Shown here piece by piece: positions 18,672-26,867 of a DNA stretch of 37,671 nt. Position 1 is the stretch's first letter; the number at the start of each line of letters is the position of its first letter. The stretch is from a virus (Duplodnaviria > Caudoviricetes): positions 1 to 37,671 of the IMG/VR virus record IMGVR_UViG_3300021233_000039. The stretch is one strand, 5' to 3'. Position numbers and translations under genes: made by a program. The notes beneath the pieces were generated by a model. The model was not told where the DNA came from and ran no database searches. It worked only from the letters and a program-made list of their open reading frames with translations.

Positions 18672-19295
18672 TTATCCAAAGGACCTAGCTCTAGCAGATA
18701 CTGAGCCACCTGATGTAGCACCGCGATCATCAGCCGTCTGCAAATCAGTCAAAGCCCTATCGTAAAGACTTGACCATACAGGTATTCTCGCATCATCTTG
18801 CAAGTATGGAGCAGCCTGTAGCAGGCTACCATAAAGGTAAATATCTGGGCTGGCTGCAAGCAGCCAATTGCTTGACACAGTTGATGACAACTTACTCAAT
18901 TGTGAGTAATAAATTAATTCAGTCGTATATGTCGCATCTGGAGTAGGAACAACCCTAATTTGTCCTCCAACAATGCCAAAATATTTTGGGCGAGATGCAG
19001 CAAAATGTTTTGTGGATAGATCATCAAGCGCATCAATCGTCTGGAAAACCAACGGTGTGACAGGATTTGTGCTTGTTAACTTAAAGGATTTTGTTTCTAA
19101 AAAACCACTAGGCAGAGCTGCATACTCTGTACTGATGTCAGCGTTTGATCTAACAATCATCTGCCTGGTGCGCAGTTGGCGCTCAATCTGCGCCTCTGCA
19201 AGAGAGATAAAGTCGGCAATGGCAGACGTGAGATCAGTGCGGTTTAACCAGTCACCGATTGACGTTTTTAATTCGTCGTAAGTTGTCAGAGCCAT
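18672..19295 (-). CDS. Head-tail adaptor (tail tubular protein A-like)
   Basis: MALTTYDELKTSIGDWLNR-DL...FISLAE...NWLL...PDIYLYGSL adaptor pattern. Confidence 0.8.
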   Translation of the reverse strand: MALTTYDELKTSIGDWLNRTDLTSAIADFISLAEAQIERQLRTRQMIVRSNADISTEYAALPSGFLETKSFKLTSTNPVTPLVFQTIDALDDLSTKHFAASRPKYFGIVGGQIRVVPTPDATYTTELIYYSQLSKLSSTVSSNWLLAASPDIYLYGSLLQAAPYLQDDARIPVWSSLYDRALTDLQTADDRGATSGGSVSARARSFG

Positions 19296-19951
19296 TACGT
19301 CGCCTTTTCCTTTTCCTCAAGGTCACGCATCACCCAGGTATGGTCGTGCTTGAATTCAAATGTTCCAATGTGACCAATTTCTTTGCTTACGTCATGGTCA
19401 ATATGGATTTTAAACCCTGCCTCCTGCGCTTTACGGCAGAAGAAAATATCCTCACCAATGTATCCGCGCTCCTTGGGACGCCAAGGTGTCTCAAACCATG
19501 GCTCTGATAACTTCTCAAAGACGTTGCGCTTAATCAGCATCACGCCCATGCCAATAGATCCCACCTCCTCAATGCCGGTTGAGTCTGGCATGGTGTACAC
19601 CAACTGCCGCGTGCCATCAGGCAGGTAATTCTGGGCGGTGGGTCCAGTGGGCAGTCTGCGCCGTGCGCAGTTAGTGGCCACGATATCTAGGTCATGCTTA
19701 AGCAGCCTGCCCACCATATCCTGCGGGAAAGTCATATCCGAATCAATAAAAAGGATATGCGTGCAGCCCTCGGCCATCGCGTCCAGCGCCAAATCGGCTC
19801 GCTGGTTCTGTATCAGCGTGCCCTGCATGATCTTCAGAGATACAGCGTCGGTGGTGCTGATGGTGTGATAGGCCACCATGTTCACCAGGCAATAGGTGAA
19901 GTTAGTGTGAACCATATCACGCGCTGGCGTGCAGACTGCTACGTAATTCAT
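19295..19951 (-). CDS. GT-A fold glycosyltransferase (GT2-like)
   Basis: THILFIDSDM (DxD), GMGVMLIKR, GEDIFFC and GHIG motifs. Confidence 0.85.
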   Translation of the reverse strand: MNYVAVCTPARDMVHTNFTYCLVNMVAYHTISTTDAVSLKIMQGTLIQNQRADLALDAMAEGCTHILFIDSDMTFPQDMVGRLLKHDLDIVATNCARRRLPTGPTAQNYLPDGTRQLVYTMPDSTGIEEVGSIGMGVMLIKRNVFEKLSEPWFETPWRPKERGYIGEDIFFCRKAQEAGFKIHIDHDVSKEIGHIGTFEFKHDHTWVMRDLEEKEKAT

Positions 19952-20262
19952 ACTTGTCCTGGTCGAGTTCTGAAGTATTGGTTTTCGGGGTCGTTGAGCC
20001 AGCGTTTCATGTACGCATCGTCATCGAGCTTGCCCTCTGCCTTGAGCTTGAAGTAAACACTCAGAGGAATGGACGCCACACGGCTCCACTCGCCCCACCT
20101 GTCATGCTTCTCGCTCTGGTTGTAGATATCGCGGTTTTCTTCAATGATGGCCGTGACATCTTGACTCGTCTGTATCGTAGCCTTGCCGGTGTCCTCGTCG
20201 TAGTGCCACGTACGAGTAATCCCAAGGTCTGCGTTTGTGTCAAATAATTTAGATTCGCTCAT
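19948..20262 (-). CDS. Conserved phage protein downstream of the major capsid gene
   Basis: QDVTAIIE...VASIP...WLNDPEN..FRT pattern; ATGA coupling. Confidence 0.75.
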   Translation of the reverse strand: MSESKLFDTNADLGITRTWHYDEDTGKATIQTSQDVTAIIEENRDIYNQSEKHDRWGEWSRVASIPLSVYFKLKAEGKLDDDAYMKRWLNDPENQYFRTRPGQV

Positions 20263-20264
20263 TT

Positions 20265-20294
20265 AAAAAAGGGACCAGGTTTCCCTGATCCCTT
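20265..20294 (-). terminator. Rho-independent terminator after the capsid gene
   Basis: Minus strand AAGGGATCAGG-GAAA-CCTGGTCCC followed by TTTTTT. Confidence 0.85.
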
Positions 20295-20304
20295 CCGTGC
20301 TTGA

Positions 20305-21267
20305 TTACGAAGTAATCAGGTCAGCAGCCAGACCATGGGCGTTTTCAGCCAAGACCTTGTGGCCCCACTCAACGATCAGCATACGCTTTTCAGCGTCGCC
20401 AGTCTTAGCCAGCTCGATCTGCTGGTAAGGACGCAGGGTCGTCATCTTTGCGTACTCAGGGTCGATCACCCATGCATCGCGCTCGCGCTGGAAACGATTA
20501 GGCACAACCTGCACGTTACCGAAGTCGCTGACGTAGATGTCTGCCGCGCCAATGATGGTTGCGGGACGTGCGCCGCCATCAATGTTGAAACGCGAGGAGG
20601 CAATGCCAGAGAAGCCAGAGACGCGCTGCTTGTTGACAGGACCAGTCATCAAGATTTTCGGAGTGCCGCCAGAAGTCCAGACCTGCTGGATGACGTTCTT
20701 CAAAATGGTCTCGGTGAAGGTACGCACGTTTCCGTCAGTACGGGCGCTGTTTGGCAGCGTGGTGTACGAAGGGTTAACGCCGTTGGTCTGCATATCGACG
20801 TTGGTTTTCACGAATGCGCCAAGGGAAGCAGTACCGCGTGCGGTGGTAGTGTTACCAGCAGCAGCAACTGCACCATTGAGCATCGAAAACTCTTGGTCGC
20901 GTTTCAACTCAGAGCCGCGCTTGGCGATCTGATAAGCCAACTCAGAGCGACGACCGGCCTTGTTAACCACTTCCTCAGTTGCCGACAAAACGATAGTCTT
21001 GCGGGAAATCTGAGCGTAGTTTTGCAAACGCACGGTGGCCGTAACAGCGTCGAAGGATGCAACATCGTCGCCCTCCAACTGCTTGTTAGCTGCGGCGGCA
21101 GCCAGGGTATCGGTTTGCCACTCAAACAGAGAATTGCTGACCGACTCGCGGCCAATATTGCTCATGTAAGGAGTTTCTTCGGGGGCAATGTTGGTGATCA
21201 CATTGCTCAGATCTTCACGGATACCTTTGGCATCAAAGGTGGTGAAGGTATTAGTCACGATAGTCAT
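20305..21267 (-). CDS. Major capsid protein (DUF5309-like)
   Basis: GIREDLSNVI..I.PEETP, EWQTD, NYAQI, ELKRD.E, D.YVSDFG and LAKTGD motifs; follows the scaffold gene. Confidence 0.9.
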   Translation of the reverse strand: MTIVTNTFTTFDAKGIREDLSNVITNIAPEETPYMSNIGRESVSNSLFEWQTDTLAAAAANKQLEGDDVASFDAVTATVRLQNYAQISRKTIVLSATEEVVNKAGRRSELAYQIAKRGSELKRDQEFSMLNGAVAAAGNTTTARGTASLGAFVKTNVDMQTNGVNPSYTTLPNSARTDGNVRTFTETILKNVIQQVWTSGGTPKILMTGPVNKQRVSGFSGIASSRFNIDGGARPATIIGAADIYVSDFGNVQVVPNRFQRERDAWVIDPEYAKMTTLRPYQQIELAKTGDAEKRMLIVEWGHKVLAENAHGLAADLITS

Positions 21268-21269
21268 GA

Positions 21270-22259
21270 TTAGCCTTTAAGTAGAAGTTCAATTGCAGAG
21301 GCCGCATCATTGATGCGACCAGTTTTTGCAAGACGCTGTTTTGCGCGAGTAGCCTCACTTGTTTGAGAGACACGTCCTGCTGCCCCTGGCTTGGCTGGAC
21401 GTGGGCCATTGTTTGTCACCGGCTTGATGTTCTGTCGCTTGGACATCATCTGCTCGTACAGTGCCGCCTTACGCAGCACGTTAACGACACGGTGATCAAA
21501 TATGTTCTTCAGTTCATCGGTGCTAAACCCAGCCTTTTGGCCAAAGTCAATAAGCAATTCCTTCTCTTTTTTTGCCTTGTTTGGATCTTTCCAATCAGGC
21601 AAAACCTTCAGCAGCTCCTCTTGCTGTTGTGCAAGAAAAGACTGCATCTGTTGAGCTTGCTCCTGCTGTGAAATTTCCGCTAGACGCTGCTTTTCAAACT
21701 GAATAGCCTGCGCCTTTGCTTGGTTTTCACGCATCACCTCTTTCTGCCGCACCCACTCAATGGGGTCCTCTTGGTAGAGGCGATCCCAATCAATTTGAGG
21801 CTGCGCAGCTTGCTGAACCTGCGACTCCAATGCTCCTAACAATTGAGCGTACTGACTACGCTCGGCGCGAATAGCCTCTGCTTCCGACTCGACTTGGCGT
21901 CGAATTTCGGCAATCTGCTGAGTCTTTCGCGTGTAGTCTTGAGTCCGTGAATATCCCTTTTGAAGTTCATCCAGGGTTACAGTCACCTCTGTGCCGTCTA
22001 CTTTAACGGTAAAGGTCTGATCCGGCTTTTCTTCCTCAGAATCTTCACTTTCCTCTAACTGTTCGCCATCTGTGACATCATCGGCTGCGTCTGCATCTTC
22101 CAATGACGTATCAGTTGGCGCCGCTGACTCGCCTTCCAGCGAATCGTCCAGCGTCTCCTCAATTGACTGTTCTCCCTCATCGGGCAGCATTGCTGAGAGT
22201 GCCTGGGCCGCTTGGTCCAGATTCATTGGCCCCGACGGGGCCGTTTGTGCTTGTTGCAT
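21270..22259 (-). CDS. Capsid scaffolding protein
   Basis: Acidic N-terminus; TVKVDGTE.TVTLDELQKGYSRTQDYTRKTQ; coiled coils. Confidence 0.85.
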   Translation of the reverse strand: MQQAQTAPSGPMNLDQAAQALSAMLPDEGEQSIEETLDDSLEGESAAPTDTSLEDADAADDVTDGEQLEESEDSEEEKPDQTFTVKVDGTEVTVTLDELQKGYSRTQDYTRKTQQIAEIRRQVESEAEAIRAERSQYAQLLGALESQVQQAAQPQIDWDRLYQEDPIEWVRQKEVMRENQAKAQAIQFEKQRLAEISQQEQAQQMQSFLAQQQEELLKVLPDWKDPNKAKKEKELLIDFGQKAGFSTDELKNIFDHRVVNVLRKAALYEQMMSKRQNIKPVTNNGPRPAKPGAAGRVSQTSEATRAKQRLAKTGRINDAASAIELLLKG

Positions 22260-22268
22260 AAATGTCCT

Positions 22269-22523
22269 TTACTTATTCGCACGCTCAATGGCACGCTGTG
22301 CCACTTTTGCGTTGTCAACAATCTTCTGCAATTCGACCTTCAAATTGTCAATTGCCTTTAGCATGGACCATGCAATTTCTCGCTTGGCAGACTCCTCTGG
22401 TTTAGTAGATCGAAAGTACCAAAGTTGGTCGTTTTCCATTTTGTTGATTGCCATGTTGAAGGTCTCATCCTCCAGCAACTGGCTTGCCTTTCGGCCCTTG
22501 CGTACAAGTTCTTCATTATCCAT
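22269..22523 (-). CDS. Small helical head-module protein
   Basis: 84 aa between portal and scaffold. Confidence 0.7.
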   Translation of the reverse strand: MDNEELVRKGRKASQLLEDETFNMAINKMENDQLWYFRSTKPEESAKREIAWSMLKAIDNLKVELQKIVDNAKVAQRAIERANK

Positions 22524-24701
22524 TTATGCCATTCCATATTGGTTGATGGGTGCAGCCGCTGACATCTGACCTTGCGCCAGGGTAGTCTGCTGCTGCATTG
22601 CTTCTCGGTTGAGACTTTGCTGTGCCTCGATCTCAACCGTAGAAATCTGTGCGTTGTACTTTAACTCAAGTTCGTATTTTTTCAGATACAAATCTTGAGC
22701 CAAGACATCTCGCCGGTAGTCGTCATCGCGCACCATCTGCTGGTGCTTAAGTTCCAGCTCGGCAGCTTTCTTCTGAATATCCGCCTCAATAGATTTAGCC
22801 TGGACCTCTGCCAGAACCTCCTCTGGCGTCGGCTTTGGAGCCGCTTGGGCTGGCGGCTGGTAGTCAGCAGGAACATCATTGAAGTATTGCGACGCGTCCT
22901 TAAAGCCAGACAACTGCACGATTTGGCGCAGGGTATTGGAATACTGAGCTGGCGTCACCAGCGGGTTTTGTGGACCCATCTGAGTTAATGCCTCCTGCTG
23001 CTTGGCTAGGATCATCATCAAGGCCTGGATGCGATCATTGGTGTCGCCGTTGCCTAGGCCGATATTGATGTGCACATCCATCGCAGAATTCCACGCACGC
23101 GGGTCCATCTGCACAAACTCATTACGCAGGCGAACCATGCGCGGTTTATCCTGGTGCGTGGTCAGCAGGAACAAAATGCCCTTAAACAGCTTCTTCATGC
23201 CCTCTGCCATCAGGCGCGCAGTCAGCTCGATGCGACCCTGCGAGGCGCTGATAGTTGCCGCCACCGCCGCCTTGGTGCTGGACTGCAATGCGTCAGCATT
23301 CAAGCCCATAGCCGCCTTGCTCATGCCGGTGCGGTCCTCTTTGATCTGGTCAATGTAGTCCAGCATCGGGAATGCGGCCTGGCCAACAAATGGATTGCTA
23401 AACGGTTGCACCATGCCAGGTTGACGCATACGGATCACAGCGCCAGTCTCGTTGTTGAGCACGTCGTCCATGTTCACCATGCCCTCGACCACGGCAGTGC
23501 GCGGGTGGATGGACTGAGCTAGAGAGTCCAACGTATTGCGCAAAATCTCGGACTTGATCTCCTGGATGTCGTGCGTTATGTCGAACATGGACATCGCCTC
23601 CAATGGGCTGGTGTGCGGCTCTGGGTCGCAGGGGAAGTCCACAAATGGAATGTATGCTGCTGGCAGGTTGCGCACAACCTTATAACCAGAACCAATGCAG
23701 CAAATCTTGCGCAGCTCTGCAATTCCGTCGCCGTCATAATCCACGCGGGAATACGCCTCCACGTACAGCACGCGCTGCTGCATGGGGTTTGCGCTGTCAT
23801 TCATGCCAAACGTAGTAGACAGAGGCTGGCGCGCCAGGTACTCCTCGTTATTGTCTAGGTCGGTTGACGTGATGTTGTCGCGCACCTCGTCCTCGTCATA
23901 GCCCATCGCCACCAGTTCCTCAATTGTGGCCATCTTGCGGTGGGCAATGATCCCAGCCTCTTCAAACGATCTGGCCCGACGGTCAAGTAGCAATTCCTCT
24001 GGGGGCACTGCCATGATCTTGATGCGGCCATCGGTGATAACGCGCTTAATCTGCACGTCGTGCAGCATGGGTGGAGGAGGCGCAGGCATCGGCTGGCCAG
24101 TAACGGGATCAATTTGTGGAGCCATGCCCTGCATCGCTTCTTGCGCCGCTGGGTCTGGGTAACTGACGACAACCTTGACCTCGGCCTGCTCCTGAGACAG
24201 TATTTGCAGGGTCTCGTCGTCCAGCCCAGAATACTCCTCAATGCGCACGGACTCGGTATCTTCCCACCAGTATTTGGCAATACCGCACTTGCGCACCAGC
24301 GAATCCTTGAATATCGCGTAGGTCGTCATGAATCCGTTGTTGTCCGAGTTAAAGACAAAGTTTGCGTAGTCGGTTGCTTGTTTCGCAGACTGCACATCCT
24401 CTGGACCTTCTGGCACAAACTCAACCACGCTCTCGCTAGAGAAAAAGACGCGCATTAGGCTTGGCATCATGGCCGAGACAGTATCTCGCACCTCCATCGC
24501 CACAACTTTAGACCGGCCCTCTTCCTCATTCCCAAATGGATCACCACGATAGTATTCAGTGCCACGCGCACGCACAGAAGAAAGATCGGAGTCGATGTAA
24601 CTCACGGCATCTGTCAGATCCTGGCCAATAATGGACTGCAACTCATCGTCGTCCATTGTCTTTACCGCTGACACGTCGGTGGTGATCTCTAGGTCTTTCA
24701 T
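22524..24701 (-). CDS. Portal protein (P22-like podoviral)
   Basis: 725 aa; YYRG.PFGNE.EGRS.VV..EVRDTV; RTGMS; C-terminal helical barrel; position in the head module. Confidence 0.9.
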   Translation of the reverse strand: MKDLEITTDVSAVKTMDDDELQSIIGQDLTDAVSYIDSDLSSVRARGTEYYRGDPFGNEEEGRSKVVAMEVRDTVSAMMPSLMRVFFSSESVVEFVPEGPEDVQSAKQATDYANFVFNSDNNGFMTTYAIFKDSLVRKCGIAKYWWEDTESVRIEEYSGLDDETLQILSQEQAEVKVVVSYPDPAAQEAMQGMAPQIDPVTGQPMPAPPPPMLHDVQIKRVITDGRIKIMAVPPEELLLDRRARSFEEAGIIAHRKMATIEELVAMGYDEDEVRDNITSTDLDNNEEYLARQPLSTTFGMNDSANPMQQRVLYVEAYSRVDYDGDGIAELRKICCIGSGYKVVRNLPAAYIPFVDFPCDPEPHTSPLEAMSMFDITHDIQEIKSEILRNTLDSLAQSIHPRTAVVEGMVNMDDVLNNETGAVIRMRQPGMVQPFSNPFVGQAAFPMLDYIDQIKEDRTGMSKAAMGLNADALQSSTKAAVAATISASQGRIELTARLMAEGMKKLFKGILFLLTTHQDKPRMVRLRNEFVQMDPRAWNSAMDVHINIGLGNGDTNDRIQALMMILAKQQEALTQMGPQNPLVTPAQYSNTLRQIVQLSGFKDASQYFNDVPADYQPPAQAAPKPTPEEVLAEVQAKSIEADIQKKAAELELKHQQMVRDDDYRRDVLAQDLYLKKYELELKYNAQISTVEIEAQQSLNREAMQQQTTLAQGQMSAAAPINQYGMA

Positions 24702-25234
24702 ACGGGTATCTTTCGTAAAACGACGTACATGGAGTCAACTGCGCGAGGAATGCGCAATAACTCGTCTTGTTCTAATTCTAGGCTTTCGCCATACTTTGAC
24801 AGCCTAAATTCCAGATGCTTCATCTCAAATCGGTAGTCTTTCCAGTCTAAGTACCAGTGCCACGCGCAGTAGTACACCCAAGAATTCTCATTAAACGCAC
24901 GTACGTGCGTTGGGTCCTGCCACGCGCCAAGACTTAACTCGTAGGGAACGTGGATGTGCATCTCGCCACCAACGTCCAGTAGGTCCAGGCAGTTCCTCAT
25001 GCACTTAACCAAGTCAGGAACGTGCTCAAGCACATCCTGCGCGAGTATCTTGGTGAATATTCCAGGCTCTACAGTTATCTCACCAGCATGGGTCTGTATC
25101 TTCTGGCCCCACTCTATGGTGCAGATGTCACCATGCCAATCTGGGTTCTTGTTCTCGTTAATGTCCATATTGACGCAATCGTCGCGCCAATCACGGCCCG
25201 AGCCAAGGTTAAGAATTAAACCACTGCTTGACAT
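24698..25234 (-). CDS. Class I SAM-dependent methyltransferase
   Basis: LNLGSG motif I, NMD, DVLEHV and DPTHVR. Confidence 0.85.
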   Translation of the reverse strand: MSSSGLILNLGSGRDWRDDCVNMDINENKNPDWHGDICTIEWGQKIQTHAGEITVEPGIFTKILAQDVLEHVPDLVKCMRNCLDLLDVGGEMHIHVPYELSLGAWQDPTHVRAFNENSWVYYCAWHWYLDWKDYRFEMKHLEFRLSKYGESLELEQDELLRIPRAVDSMYVVLRKIPV

Positions 25235-25901
25235 AATCTGGTCGATTTTTAAATAGCCAAGGCATCGCCTCGCTAGTTAACTTCTGAGCATTCGTGCCAA
25301 TAGTCTGGCTACCAACGTGGTGCACATAACTGGTGGAGATATAGTGCTCAAAACCTTTAGCGTTTAGGTCCTCGCACTGCACATCATCTGAATACCAGTT
25401 AAGTGGAGGGAAGTTCGCCTGCTTGAATGTGTCGAAGTGTATCCACGCAAATATCGGACTAATTACTTCTGCCGGTCTGATCTTGGATTCGTACTTGAAC
25501 CGGCACATATTAATCGTCTCTCCGTCAGGATTAAAACGAATGTTCTGAGCTTGGCGCGCAGAGTCGGTCCTTGACGCCACCCAACCGACAGGGATATCCA
25601 TACCAAGCAATATGTCCACGTCCTCCATAAGCACGCGGTAACTGCTTGGCGTCAGGACAATATCGTCATTGGCCACGACAACAGACTCAAAATCCTCAAG
25701 TGCACGATTGATGATGGCGTTGTAATCATCACCAAAGTTTGATGGCCGAGAAAACACTTTAACGTCTGCGTTGAAGTTCTCAATAACGGACTGAGGACCG
25801 CGCAGGTAAACGGGTATCTCTGGGCAATACTGCTTAATAGACTCAAGTAATACAGCCAGGCCCTTGCCGTGGACGGTGGATATGACGATTGGAGAAATCA
25901 C
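25209..25901 (-). CDS. GT-A fold glycosyltransferase (GT2-like)
   Basis: IVIST; NF...YN; VVVANDDIVL; WYSDD; YVHHVGSQT. Confidence 0.75.
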   Translation of the reverse strand: MISPIVISTVHGKGLAVLLESIKQYCPEIPVYLRGPQSVIENFNADVKVFSRPSNFGDDYNAIINRALEDFESVVVANDDIVLTPSSYRVLMEDVDILLGMDIPVGWVASRTDSARQAQNIRFNPDGETINMCRFKYESKIRPAEVISPIFAWIHFDTFKQANFPPLNWYSDDVQCEDLNAKGFEHYISTSYVHHVGSQTIGTNAQKLTSEAMPWLFKNRPDYVKQWFNS

Positions 25902-26188
25902 TTAGTTTTATTCCTAGCGGATATGGCTTTAGCTTTTGCCTTGGCGTCTGCCTTAGAGCTTGCGCCCCACGCATTAAGACTCAGTAGCAACCTGGTCGGC
26001 TTGCCGTCCTTCATCTCTGGGCCAGGCATATTGCCCATGCGCGCCAAGAAACTAGCCCGTCGCGGGTTATCTCCTGACTTGACGGGGGGCTTGAGATTCA
26101 TCCCCTCTGCCTTGGCGCTGGCTCGGCCCTTGGAGTTCAAACCGCCAGCAGGGTTCTTGCCCTCCTTGCGCTGCCAGACCGCTGTCAT
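25898..26188 (-). CDS. Small basic phage protein (DUF6321-like)
   Basis: WQRKEGKNPAGGLN.KGRAS...RRASFLARM pattern. Confidence 0.7.
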   Translation of the reverse strand: MTAVWQRKEGKNPAGGLNSKGRASAKAEGMNLKPPVKSGDNPRRASFLARMGNMPGPEMKDGKPTRLLLSLNAWGASSKADAKAKAKAISARNKTK

Positions 26189-26673
26189 TCTTCCTCGCCG
26201 CCTTCCATTTCAGTGTCAGCGGATTCCTCGCCGTCTTTGCTGCCGTCATTAGGACCGCCAACAACCCACGCGTCGCAAGTACGGCTGGCCGCGCACTTGA
26301 AGTCAAATATCTCGCAATACCCAAGGTCAGCCAGGTCAATGGTTCCCCATGGATCTGCCTCGTTACCAATCCCCTTGGCAATGCACTCCTTGATGGAGTC
26401 CTGCACGTTAAACGCGGCGCAGTTACCGCACAGGCTCTGTTTGGCGTCTTCAATGCTCACGTCCCAGGTATCTGCCTTCTTCTTCCAGTACGCAGTGTTG
26501 GGCAACTCAGGATTCTCTGGACCATACGCTGCCGTAGTAATCGCCTTGGCGCGGTTCTTCAAATTGAGCGTGATGTCCTGCGTCGGCATTGGGCACTTGG
26601 TGCTGGTCTTGGACATCATCTGATTCATCGCGCCCTGGTAACGCTCGGGCACATCGCGCATACTCGTGGCCAT
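26185..26673 (-). CDS. Cys-rich protein with a HiPIP-like motif
   Basis: CGNCAAF...GYCEIFDFKCAASRTCDAW; acidic tail. Confidence 0.6.
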   Translation of the reverse strand: MATSMRDVPERYQGAMNQMMSKTSTKCPMPTQDITLNLKNRAKAITTAAYGPENPELPNTAYWKKKADTWDVSIEDAKQSLCGNCAAFNVQDSIKECIAKGIGNEADPWGTIDLADLGYCEIFDFKCAASRTCDAWVVGGPNDGSKDGEESADTEMEGGEEE

Positions 26674-26837
26674 TACTTCATACCCTTCTTTGGCTTGACC
26701 TTGGCCTCGGACAGAGCAATCGCAATCGCCTGCTTGGGGTTCTTCACTACCTTGCCGCCTGCACCAGAGTGCAGCTTGCCGGTCTTAAATTCATGCATCA
26801 CCTTGCCAACTTTCTTGGCCGCTTTAGTCATCTTCAT
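26673..26837 (-). CDS. Small basic protein (54 aa, DUF6496-like), not in the ORF track
   Basis: Hand translation gives MKMTKAAKKVGKVMHEFKTGKLHSGAGGKVVKNPKQAIAIALSEAKVKPKKGMK; GAGGAG RBS; TAATG coupling. Confidence 0.85.
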   Translation of the reverse strand: MKMTKAAKKVGKVMHEFKTGKLHSGAGGKVVKNPKQAIAIALSEAKVKPKKGMK

Positions 26838-26867
26838 GCTCTCACTCCTCAAAGTTGATTACGTCAA

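Noticed and set aside
20335-21273. 312-aa plus-strand ORF antisense to the major capsid gene
   Set aside because: It is a shadow ORF expected from strong codon bias; it has no recognisable motifs and lies opposite a clear gene.
24698-25234. DNA methyltransferase (anti-restriction)
   Set aside because: It lacks DPPY/NPPY or PC catalytic motifs and resembles small-molecule or glycan methyltransferases.
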